A stretch of 26,266 nucleotides of DNA from an uncultured archaeon (GCA_964458565.1 CAYWJO010000047.1:1-26266), one strand, 5' to 3'; numbered from the stretch's first letter, positions 9,827 through 17,884 are shown. A program made the numbers and translations. Notes: a model not told the origin generated them from the letters alone.

Positions 9827-9849
9827 AGCGAAATCTAAAACTATTAAGA

Positions 9850-9867
9850 AGGCTTGGATACCTCAGC
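9850..9867 (-). repeat. Repeat R4: tRNA-Ser 5' 18 nt with a different (probably original chromosomal) leader
   Basis: aggcttggatacctcagc matches 140..157 at 17/18. It has its own TATA-like element at 9893..9908 and lies directly downstream of the SRP RNA gene. Confidence 0.85.
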
Positions 9868-9892
9868 TTACTGATTTGCGGATTTCTTTTTT

Positions 9893-9908
9893 CTCTTAAA
9901 CATTGTCG
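9893..9908 (-). promoter_or_regulatory. BRE/TATA-like promoter CGACAATGTTTAAGAG of the displaced tRNA 5' end
   Basis: TTTAAG lies about 26-33 nt upstream of tRNA position 1; the same motif occurs upstream of SRP RNA, infB and rpl7ae. Confidence 0.55.
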
Positions 9909-9926
9909 TGGGGATTTGATAAAAGA

Positions 9927-10242
9927 GGTGCAGCGGCTCTCACAGTATCGGATGTCCATTCCTACTGAGCTAAATCGAAGCTTTTCTCAAAGCAGCTACC
10001 TCTGGGGCTCCACCACTCCGCCTTAGTGCTGTTCCCGCCAGGGCCTGACACGGTTCGACGGTTTAAGACAATCCCAGCAGACCTTCGACTGCTGCTATGT
10101 TCGTGACAGACTCCAGAGACTGCCTATCATAGTCCGGCAACGAAACCCAGCAGGGCCGGTTTCATTCTCCACGGAGTTAACTGACGCCATTATTGCCTTT
10201 ATGGATAACAGCCGCGGCAAACGGCCCGTCCTTCCCGCTGCA
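9927..10242 (-). ncRNA. ffs: Signal recognition particle (7S) RNA
   Basis: About 316 nt. Terminal helix TGCAGCGG/CCGCTGCA, helix-8 signature GAACCGTGTCAGGCCC-TGGC-GGGAACAGCACTAAG, helix 6 CAGCAG-TCGAAGGT-CTGCTG, downstream T-run and upstream TATA. Confidence 0.9.
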
Positions 10243-10264
10243 ATTCGACTTTTTATCGTGTCTG

Positions 10265-10280
10265 CCTAAAAAGATTGTCA
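10265..10280 (-). promoter_or_regulatory. BRE/TATA-like promoter of SRP RNA (TGACAATCTTTTTAGG)
   Basis: Lies about 23-30 nt upstream of the predicted 5' end. Confidence 0.6.
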
Positions 10281-10313
10281 ATCAACAACATAAATACAGA
10301 ACATGGCAAAAAC

Positions 10314-12107
10314 CTATACGAATGCCCCAGCTTCTCGTTTTATCTGAGTCAGTTCTTCAAGAACTTCAATTTCGGATTGTGTGAGATCCTCTCTGAATTT
10401 GGTCCTAGCAGCGATAATGTGAGAGTCTGGCATATCCACGTAGAGCACATCATCTTCCTTCACTTGTCGCCCAATAGTAGGTCCTCTGACTGATATTGCG
10501 ACTTCCATCCCTGCAGTTGCTTCATTGATAGTTACACTTCTATCCTGAATCTGAAGAATGGTTCCTATTCTCTTTCCTTGCAATGTCATCAATGGAACTC
10601 TGGGTCTAATAATCCCGTGCACTTTAACACCAAACACAGCTGGATTATTACGTCTGAATATATATTCGGGAATGATTTCCACTTTTCCGGGTCTTATTAT
10701 TGATCCCAATGATGATGCTTTTGCCTGTTCTCTCTTGACAATCAACCACGCATTATAATCATCATACAGCCTGTAAATGACCTCATTCATGAAGAGTTCT
10801 ACTCCCTCTTCAGCAGCAAGGTCCTCAATCTCTGGTGCAACTTTCACATTGAAGCCCAATACAACCGCATTGAGAATGTCTGTATCTCCTGCTGCTTTAG
10901 CCTCAAGGATATCTCGACGTACGACTGGGCCAACATCAGCTACGCGAACAGGAACCTTTCGTTCCTGGAGAAATTGGGTTACTGCTTCTAAAGAGCCCAA
11001 TGTATCAGTCTTAAGAACAATTCCTGACGAGTCTCTCTGAATTCGAATCGCTCCTACTTCGGCTCTGACCTTTTCCTCGATTTCCGCTAATTTTTCAAGA
11101 TTTGATACAGCATAGACTGGAGCTCCTGCAACTACTCCCTCAATGTCTGGTGCAACAATCTTGACCCCTGCAGCTGCATGTACCTCAGACACGTGGGTGA
11201 ACTTCTCCTTTGGGTCTCTAATCTCGTCAAGTTCTTTTGGTAGAAGGAGCGCTCTGATTTTAGCTACAATTACTTTGTCAAGACCTCCAACAACAATTGT
11301 GTCACTCTTTTTCAGTATACCTTCGTAAATAATGGTATCAAGGGTCAGTCCCAGACCTGTTTCTTCTCTCACTTCAAGTATTGCACCACGTGCAGGACCA
11401 GAAGACACCTTGAGCCGATCTTTCATATACTGTTGTGTTAAACCTGAAAGAACTGTCAATAATTCCGGAATACCCTCTCCTGTTTTTGCGCTCGTTGGTA
11501 CTATCGCAATGTTTTTGGTGAAATTTGTGACCCTATCAAATCGTTCTGCCATGATGTTATTAGCAGATAAAGCACCAACTATCTCGTACAATCTTCTATC
11601 TAGTTCTGTTTGAGTTGACATACCTTGTGCTTTAATTGATTGGAGTAGATTCATACCAGGTTTCAACCTCCATCCAGGAACCTTATCCAGCTTGTTTGCA
11701 GCAATAATGAAAGGAGTCTTTCCAGATCGGAGTATCTTGAGTGACTCATAGGTCTGTGTCAAAGCTCCTTCATTAATATCTACTACAAGTATCGCAATAT
11801 CTGCGATTGCACCCCCCCGTCTTCTAAGATTCAAATATGCTTCATGCCCAGGTGTATCTATAAACAATAGGCCTTCAATACTTAGTTTAGCACCCATGGT
11901 TTCTAAGAGTGGACCACAGATTTTCTTGATAGTTTCAGTCGGAAAATAGGAGGCACCAATATGCTGAGTTATACCTGCAGCCTCTCGTGACTGCACAGCG
12001 GTACCTCGCATTTTGTCCAAGAGAGAAGTCTTTCCGTGATCAATGTGACCGAGAACCGTTACAATTGGTGAGCGTAATTTTCCGGTTTCTGCTTCTGGCT
12101 TAGACAT
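10314..12107 (-). CDS. infB: Translation initiation factor aIF5B (IF-2)
   Basis: LRSPIVTVLGHIDHGKTSLLD, GITQHIGA, DTPGHE, NKLD, TSAKTGEG. Start taken at ATG 12107 after GAGGTG (track start 12146). Confidence 0.97.
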   Translation of the reverse strand: MSKPEAETGKLRSPIVTVLGHIDHGKTSLLDKMRGTAVQSREAAGITQHIGASYFPTETIKKICGPLLETMGAKLSIEGLLFIDTPGHEAYLNLRRRGGAIADIAILVVDINEGALTQTYESLKILRSGKTPFIIAANKLDKVPGWRLKPGMNLLQSIKAQGMSTQTELDRRLYEIVGALSANNIMAERFDRVTNFTKNIAIVPTSAKTGEGIPELLTVLSGLTQQYMKDRLKVSSGPARGAILEVREETGLGLTLDTIIYEGILKKSDTIVVGGLDKVIVAKIRALLLPKELDEIRDPKEKFTHVSEVHAAAGVKIVAPDIEGVVAGAPVYAVSNLEKLAEIEEKVRAEVGAIRIQRDSSGIVLKTDTLGSLEAVTQFLQERKVPVRVADVGPVVRRDILEAKAAGDTDILNAVVLGFNVKVAPEIEDLAAEEGVELFMNEVIYRLYDDYNAWLIVKREQAKASSLGSIIRPGKVEIIPEYIFRRNNPAVFGVKVHGIIRPRVPLMTLQGKRIGTILQIQDRSVTINEATAGMEVAISVRGPTIGRQVKEDDVLYVDMPDSHIIAARTKFREDLTQSEIEVLEELTQIKREAGAFV

Positions 12108-12243
12108 TAGAGGCACCTCGCAAAACGACTGGCCGCGTGACGACAATTAGAACATAAGAAACTGTCGTTACATCCCTCTTCACAAGGCTAATATTAATGT
12201 CATCAATTTCTCACTATGTTATTGGCATAATCATCTATGAAAG

Positions 12244-12915
12244 GTGAGATTAGTGGAACAATCATTAGTGATAATAAAACCAGACGGGACTGTAAGAAGA
12301 CGCATTGGTGCACTTGTTATTGAAGCACTACTTGACCGAGGCTACAAGGTTCGTGCATTCAAGGAGATGAAGGTACCAAGGGAGGTAGCCAAGCTCCATT
12401 ATGCAGTACACAAGGAGAAACCATTCTTTCCATGGCTTGTGGATTTCATATCATCAGGTCGAGTTCTTGTTTTGATTCTTGAGGGCGATAATGTCATTCA
12501 AGGAGTGAGAGACGCATTAGGCGCAACCTTCGTTCAGAAGGCTGACTCTACATCATTGAGAGGCAAATTTGGAATCTGGGCAGGAATTAATATTGCACAT
12601 GCATCAGACGCTCCTGAAACTGCTGCTATTGAGATAACACTCTGGACTAATGAAGGTGGAGTTTCTGAATCAGAATCTGCTGATGCAAAGGCTCATGAAT
12701 ATATCAAGAAGTATAAGATTGGTGATGCAGATTATACCATGCAGATTCGTGAGGTTGTGAAATCTGCTATTGATTCTAAGGACACATCCCCTGAAGTACT
12801 CATCTCACTTGAAGAGCTGTTCGGAAAGGATGCGGACGGTATCGAAAAGGATGGAATCAAGGCACTTGCTGTCGCCATTTTTGATTTCATCAAAGAAGAA
12901 GTAGAAAAAGTATAG
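12244..12915 (+). CDS. ndk: Nucleoside diphosphate kinase with C-terminal extension
   Basis: IIKPDG, HYAVHKEKPFFPWLVDFISSG, SLRGKFG, NIAHASD catalytic His; about 80 extra C-terminal residues. Confidence 0.93.
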   Translation: MRLVEQSLVIIKPDGTVRRRIGALVIEALLDRGYKVRAFKEMKVPREVAKLHYAVHKEKPFFPWLVDFISSGRVLVLILEGDNVIQGVRDALGATFVQKADSTSLRGKFGIWAGINIAHASDAPETAAIEITLWTNEGGVSESESADAKAHEYIKKYKIGDADYTMQIREVVKSAIDSKDTSPEVLISLEELFGKDADGIEKDGIKALAVAIFDFIKEEVEKV

Positions 12916-12927
12916 GGAGTGATTCAT

Positions 12928-12946
12928 GGTGGCACAACGTGCCACC
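12928..12946. terminator. Hairpin between the convergent ndk and rpl24e genes
   Basis: GGTGGCAC-AAC-GTGCCACC, a perfect 8-bp stem. Confidence 0.45.
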
Positions 12947-12986
12947 CTTCACTCTGTTATATTTACATTGATAAAATGACGAGTCT

Positions 12987-13184
12987 TTATCGGGGTTTAC
13001 CACCCTTCTGAAAGCCTTGAGTCCATTTGGTCTGTCTAGGCTTCATTCTACGCTTGACTTGTGCAGTCTTGCACTTGTTGGAACAGAACCACATAACTGA
13101 CCCGTCTTTTGTTCGTACAAAAGCTGAGCCCGTACCGGGTTCGATATCCTTCCCGCAGAAATCGCATTTCTGTGTTCCAACCAT
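12987..13184 (-). CDS. rpl24e: 50S ribosomal protein L24e
   Basis: CDFCGKDIEPGTG..FCSNKC..PRQTKWT. Confidence 0.97.
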   Translation of the reverse strand: MVGTQKCDFCGKDIEPGTGSAFVRTKDGSVMWFCSNKCKTAQVKRRMKPRQTKWTQGFQKGGKPR

Positions 13185-13188
13185 TACT

Positions 13189-13416
13189 CTAGCGCCTCCT
13201 CATCTTTCTTGCTTCTCTTTCAGTTTCACGAAGAATGAGAATGTCCCCCATTCTTACGGGTCCCTTTACATTACGCGTAAGGACACGACCTTTATCCCTA
13301 CCATCGAGTATCTTAACTCGTACTTGGGTAATCTCTCCAGTGACACCAGTTCTGCCCAGAAGTTGAATTACTTCTGCAGGGATTGATGGTGTCTTTGAGT
13401 CATCCTCTTTACTCAT
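13189..13416 (-). CDS. rps28e: 30S ribosomal protein S28e
   Basis: [40 protein letters not shown]. Confidence 0.97.
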   Translation of the reverse strand: MSKEDDSKTPSIPAEVIQLLGRTGVTGEITQVRVKILDGRDKGRVLTRNVKGPVRMGDILILRETEREARKMRRR

Positions 13417-13442
13417 GGATATTCATCACCTAGAGGGATTTT

Positions 13443-13814
13443 CTATGCACGTAGAGCGCCAATCTTCTCGACAATATCTGATACGAGATCCTTCGCTTTA
13501 CCTTCGACAATTATCGCAACTGCAGCTGTTGGTCGTTCGATACCAACTGATGCACCCAAATCCTTCTTATGAGGTACGAAGATGTAAGGGGCTTTCTTAT
13601 CGTCACATAGACCGGGTAGGTACATAATAATCTCTTGAGGCTCAACGTCTTCAGCTACTACAACAAGCTTCGCTATTCCACGCTCGATTGATTTAGTAGC
13701 CTCATTGATACCCTTCTTGATTCGACCGGTGTCCTTCGCAATTTCGAGAGCATCTAAGGCCTTCTTCTGAAGTTCCTCAGTAGCATCCCAATCGACAAAT
13801 GATGGTTTTGGCAT
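13443..13814 (-). CDS. rpl7ae: 50S ribosomal protein L7Ae
   Basis: GRIKKGINEATKSIERGIAKLVVVAEDVEP. Confidence 0.97.
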   Translation of the reverse strand: MPKPSFVDWDATEELQKKALDALEIAKDTGRIKKGINEATKSIERGIAKLVVVAEDVEPQEIIMYLPGLCDDKKAPYIFVPHKKDLGASVGIERPTAAVAIIVEGKAKDLVSDIVEKIGALRA

Positions 13815-13938
13815 TTCTGTTTACCTCTGTTCTCACTTCATTGGTATGAATACAGATTGAGCTACCCACATTATCTGGATAGTTATTGGGCGGCACTTCT
13901 TTGGTTCTTTTAAAACTGTCGAAGCATCTATAGATGAA

Positions 13939-14991
13939 TCAATATCCAAGGTCTTGGAGTCCTCGAACTATATCACTATCATCAAGTTTCAGATGCCTGA
14001 GCACAGAGTACCTATTCCTTCGTTCCATTATCTTTAATGCATGATGGACATCATCTATGAACAATTCTTGGCTCACATTCAATTCATCAAAGGTCATGGG
14101 GAATCCCCGTTTTCTCATGAAATCTTGTATGAACTCAGATTTGTACTTGGAATAGCCTACCTCCTCCAGATACTTCACACATAGAGGTGTAGCAAAAGCA
14201 ACCTGAATGCCATGAAGATTTTCTAATCTTCGGTCCATTGCATGTGAAATTGCATGTTCTGTTCCAGAACATGGTCTTGAGCTACCAAATTGACACATAG
14301 CCTCCCCAGCATCGATTTCTGCTCTGACAAGAGTTACGAGGCTATAATCAGTCAAGATAGTATCTAATGTTTTGGCTAATGTTGAATAGATGTCCTCATT
14401 AAATGCCTCTTCATTGTGCTCATGTGCTAAACGCCATTCTGCAAGACTTGATGCTTTACTAATAATATCACCGAGTCCTGCCATTTCCAATTTCGATGGA
14501 GCCTTTGACATTATGGAGAGATCTGCAAGGACAGCTATAGGTTTCTTACACAACTCTGAATATCTGTAGCCATCATGTGTTACTGATGCAACATCACTCG
14601 CAATACCATCATGGGATGCAGCAGTTGGAATCGATACCCACTCAAGTCCTGATTCCCTGGCGAGAAGTTTTGCCGCATCGATGCTACGACCTCCACCAAA
14701 ACCAATTATGATATCTGCGTCCTTAAATTCAGATACATTGATTTCAGCACCTCTGCTTGCTCCAAATATAACACGTCCATCATATGGGTCTGTTGATATC
14801 ACCTGATTAAACTGAGGTAACCTCAACCAATTATGCTCACGACCTATCACAGAAGCGATGACCTCATGATATTGAGCATAAATCAAGTCATCTGTTACAA
14901 TCAGTACATGCTTAAACTTCTTGAGAAGATCAGTAAGTTTTTGGATTGCCCCTTCTGCAATAATAACATTGTTTGATGAATTAGGGGACAT
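13939..14991 (-). CDS. egsA: sn-glycerol-1-phosphate dehydrogenase family protein
   Basis: GGGRSIDAAK, PTAASHDGIAS, AGLGD, SSRPCSGTEHAISHAMD, HGIQVA. Confidence 0.85.
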   Translation of the reverse strand: MSPNSSNNVIIAEGAIQKLTDLLKKFKHVLIVTDDLIYAQYHEVIASVIGREHNWLRLPQFNQVISTDPYDGRVIFGASRGAEINVSEFKDADIIIGFGGGRSIDAAKLLARESGLEWVSIPTAASHDGIASDVASVTHDGYRYSELCKKPIAVLADLSIMSKAPSKLEMAGLGDIISKASSLAEWRLAHEHNEEAFNEDIYSTLAKTLDTILTDYSLVTLVRAEIDAGEAMCQFGSSRPCSGTEHAISHAMDRRLENLHGIQVAFATPLCVKYLEEVGYSKYKSEFIQDFMRKRGFPMTFDELNVSQELFIDDVHHALKIMERRNRYSVLRHLKLDDSDIVRGLQDLGY

Positions 14992-15159
14992 TATGATATA
15001 CTCCTTTAGGGTACGAATTCACCGGTTAGTATACACATCTAAACTCTTCGAATTCCACTTACTTACGTTTAGTGGTCTGTATATACCTTGGGACTTAGCG
15101 TTATTCTGGTAATACTCTAGCTATTATGCTCTTGAAACAAGACCTGACATGACCACCTA

Positions 15160-15681
15160 ATGAGGAAAGCCAATATGACTCAATATGTCAAAGTCGCATT
15201 ACTTGGTTCTGGTTATGCGGGTAAATCCACTCTGATTCGTCTGCTCACTGATAATGTATCAAAGATAAAGACGCATCATCAACCCTACAAACCAACAGTT
15301 GGAATGGACTGTGGAACCATTACATTGGACACGACAACTAAAATTTCACTTGTGGAAATGGGTGGTCAGACACATTTTGAGTTCTTGTGGCCTGATTTGA
15401 TTCGAGGCAGCAGAATGGTAGTTGTAATCACAGAGAGTTCACCAAAAGCGGTTCTAAAAACTCGTCAGCTCCTTGAGAAATATAAGACCTATCTTGATGA
15501 TAAACAGGTGATTGCGATAGCCAACAAACAAGATATTCCTGGCTCGATGAAACCAGAGTCTGTACAAGATCTGTTAGGTATTCCTACTTATGGAATGGTA
15601 GCAATTGATCCAAAGCAAAGAGTGAATGGATACAGACTTATTGTGAATGGTCTTCGCGAATTAATTCAAGTAGCAGCTTGA
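15160..15681 (+). CDS. Small Ras-superfamily GTPase (Arf/MglA-like)
   Basis: G1 GSGYAGKST, G2 PTVG, G3-like EMGGQ, G4 NKQD. Confidence 0.88.
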   Translation: MRKANMTQYVKVALLGSGYAGKSTLIRLLTDNVSKIKTHHQPYKPTVGMDCGTITLDTTTKISLVEMGGQTHFEFLWPDLIRGSRMVVVITESSPKAVLKTRQLLEKYKTYLDDKQVIAIANKQDIPGSMKPESVQDLLGIPTYGMVAIDPKQRVNGYRLIVNGLRELIQVAA

Positions 15682-15737
15682 GTAATTTAGACGCTGTTTC
15701 GTAACTCTTTTATGCAATCCACGATGTGACTCTGATG

Positions 15738-15812
15738 CCTAGGACACGGGCGCGTGAGCTGTAAGTAGCAATTGTCTTTCAGCGAGTCCGTCCGGGAACA
15801 GTGTCTTTTGGG
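15738..15812 (+). other. Candidate structured leader RNA upstream of rpoD
   Basis: GC-rich nested stems AGGACAC/GTGTCTT, GGGCG/CGTCC and GCTG/CAGC with opposed GA/GA; TATA-like TTTTATG at 15708..15714. Confidence 0.45.
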
Positions 15813-15845
15813 TAATATCAACTGTCCATATGGTCAGGTGACAAA

Positions 15846-16646
15846 ATGGAGATTACAATAATTCACAAGACCGAGGCTGATATACACTTCTTGGTCGAAG
15901 GTGTAGATGCTGCATTCGCAAATGCGCTTCGAAGGACTATGTTAGTCCATCTACCGTCAATGGCTATAGATGAAGTGCTTGTCATTGAGAATACAAGCGT
16001 CATGTATGATGAAATCCTAGCACACAGGTTAGGACTAGTACCTTTGACCACTGACCTAGAATCGTATAATCTTCCCGAGGAATGTGAATGCGAGGGTAAG
16101 GGATGTAGCCTCTGCCAAGTTACACTCACATTAGAGATAGAGGCCGGAGATGAAGACTTGACAGTCTATACTCGCGACCTATCACCACAGGATCCAAACG
16201 TGGTTCCCGCATCTGGTGACATACCCTTGGTAAAACTAGCCCCACATCAACATCTCATTATCGAAGCATATGCTCGACTTGGTACTGGCAGCGAGAATGC
16301 CAAGTTCCAACCCGTAGCCACGGTGGCATACAAGAATGTACCAGTTGTTACAATTGATAAATCAAAGTGCAATCTCTGTGGTGACTGTGTTGAAGTTTGC
16401 CCCAAGAATATCCTGAAAATTGATGGTGATACAATCTCCACTCAAAACACACTAGACTGCAGTCTCTGTGAAATCTGCGTCAAGTCATGCGAACCCGGAG
16501 CGATAACAATTGATTCCAAGAGAGACACCTTCCTATTCAAAGTGGAATCCTCTGGTGCTTTGAAGCCTGAGGAAATTGTAGAGAAAGCAGCTGAGGTACT
16601 TAAAGAGCGAATCCGCATAGCATTGGATTTCGCTAACGAGTTGTGA
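15846..16646 (+). CDS. rpoD: RNA polymerase subunit D (Rpo3) with ferredoxin-type insert
   Basis: FANALRRTML, ENTSVMYDEILAHRLGLVPL, CNLCGDCVEVCP, CSLCEICVKSC. Confidence 0.97.
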   Translation: MEITIIHKTEADIHFLVEGVDAAFANALRRTMLVHLPSMAIDEVLVIENTSVMYDEILAHRLGLVPLTTDLESYNLPEECECEGKGCSLCQVTLTLEIEAGDEDLTVYTRDLSPQDPNVVPASGDIPLVKLAPHQHLIIEAYARLGTGSENAKFQPVATVAYKNVPVVTIDKSKCNLCGDCVEVCPKNILKIDGDTISTQNTLDCSLCEICVKSCEPGAITIDSKRDTFLFKVESSGALKPEEIVEKAAEVLKERIRIALDFANEL

Positions 16647-16657
16647 GGTGTCAAAAG

Positions 16658-17020
16658 ATGGTAAAATCTGGACCAACTGATCCAAATACACGTGCATTAG
16701 TCAACGCACTGAAAAAGGCGTCCACAAAATACAATATAGGAATCTGGAAACGAGTGGCTGAACTTATTGTTCGTCCTGCTAGGAACCGTGCAGCAGTAAA
16801 TGTGGGAAAAATAGGCCGCCACACAAATGATGGCGATATAGTAATCGTCCCTGGAAAAGTATTAGGTTCTGGGGTTCTTCCACATAAGGTTACAGTAGCA
16901 GCACTTAATGCATCCACAACTGCCAGATCTATTATTGTCGCATCCGGTGGAACACTGATTACAATTAATGAGCTTTTGAACAATCATCCAAAGGGTACAG
17001 GTGTTATGATAATCACTTGA
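16658..17020 (+). CDS. rpl18e: 50S ribosomal protein L18e
   Basis: IWKRVAE..VNVGKI..VPGKVLGSG; ATG 16658 after GAGGTG. Confidence 0.96.
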   Translation: MVKSGPTDPNTRALVNALKKASTKYNIGIWKRVAELIVRPARNRAAVNVGKIGRHTNDGDIVIVPGKVLGSGVLPHKVTVAALNASTTARSIIVASGGTLITINELLNNHPKGTGVMIIT

Positions 17021-17031
17021 AGGTGAAAAAG

Positions 17032-17484
17032 ATGAGTGAAAAGAAAATACAGGTCTTCGATGCAGAAAACATGGTCGTAGGTAGACTAGGCTCCAAGGTA
17101 GCGAAGGCTGCTTTACTAGGGAAGCAAATAGTCATTCTGAACTGCGAAAAAGCCATCATCACAGGTGATCGAAGAACCGTGATCGATGCCTTCAAGGAGA
17201 CACACAAAATACGAACTTCCTACAATCCCAGAAGGGGTCCATTTCATGAACGCCGTCCGGATAAGATGGTACGAAAGATGCTACGGGGAATGTTACCGTG
17301 GCCTACTCCAAGAGGTAAAGCCGCATACAAACGAATCTATTGCTATATTGGTATCCCGGAAAAATATGCAGATTCCGAGAAAATAATTCTGGAGAAATCT
17401 AAATACCGAAGTCTATCTGGGAAGTATATTACAGTACAAGAATTGAGTCAAGAGCTCGGCTGGAGAAACCCGGAGGTTGCATAA
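17032..17484 (+). CDS. rpl13: 50S ribosomal protein L13
   Basis: DAENMVVGRLGSKVAK, NCEKAIITG, RGPFHERRPD..RGMLP; ATG 17032 after AGGTGA. Confidence 0.96.
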   Translation: MSEKKIQVFDAENMVVGRLGSKVAKAALLGKQIVILNCEKAIITGDRRTVIDAFKETHKIRTSYNPRRGPFHERRPDKMVRKMLRGMLPWPTPRGKAAYKRIYCYIGIPEKYADSEKIILEKSKYRSLSGKYITVQELSQELGWRNPEVA

Positions 17485-17485
17485 A

Positions 17486-17884
17486 GTGCGTGTCATTGTT
17501 AGTGTAGGTAAACGTAAGACAAGCCTTGCTAAGGCCACATTGAAATCCGGGTCCGGAAAGATACGAATCAATGGTAGTCCACTTGAAATTCTTCAGCCAG
17601 AAATGGCAAAGATGAGGATTATGGAGCCTCTAATAATATTCGGAAATAATTGGAAAAGGTACGATATTAGAGTCCGAGTAAAAGGAGGAGGTTTCATGAG
17701 CCAAGCTGATGCAGTAAGAATGGCCATAGCAACTGGTCTCGTTCAAATGAGTCAGGACTATGAAGCTCGTTCTAGGATGATTGAACATGACCGAACAATG
17801 CTGGTTGGAGACCCACGACGTACGGAACCAAAGAAGTTTGGTGGGCCCTCAGCACGTTCCCGATATCAGAAATCATACAGGTAG
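17486..17884 (+). CDS. rps9: 30S ribosomal protein S9
   Basis: GKRKTSLAKA, VKGGGFMSQADAVR, DPRRTEPKKFGGPSARSRYQKSYR; GTG 17486 after GGAGGT. Confidence 0.97.
   Translation: MRVIVSVGKRKTSLAKATLKSGSGKIRINGSPLEILQPEMAKMRIMEPLIIFGNNWKRYDIRVRVKGGGFMSQADAVRMAIATGLVQMSQDYEARSRMIEHDRTMLVGDPRRTEPKKFGGPSARSRYQKSYR

Larger units (their letters stand above)
158..9849. mobile_element. Composite genomic island / cassette array inserted at the 5' end of tRNA-Ser(GCT)
   Basis: Bounded and subdivided by repeats R0-R4; contains only accessory genes and pseudogenes; no integrase inside. Confidence 0.7.

Noticed and set aside
158-9849. Intact provirus or IS/transposon
   Set aside because: No integrase, transposase, capsid, replication gene or terminal inverted repeats are recognisable.
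140-9867. R0-R4 as a CRISPR array
   Set aside because: Spacing is 1-4 kb with whole genes between copies, the repeat is tRNA-derived, and there are no cas genes.
9927-10242. RNase P RNA or rRNA fragment
   Set aside because: It lacks the GAGGAAAGUCC / CAGAA RNase P hallmarks; the helix-8 motif and size fit SRP RNA.
9823-10384. Short + strand ORFs 9823..10026 and 10193..10384
   Set aside because: They are antisense to the SRP RNA and infB and have no recognisable protein features.
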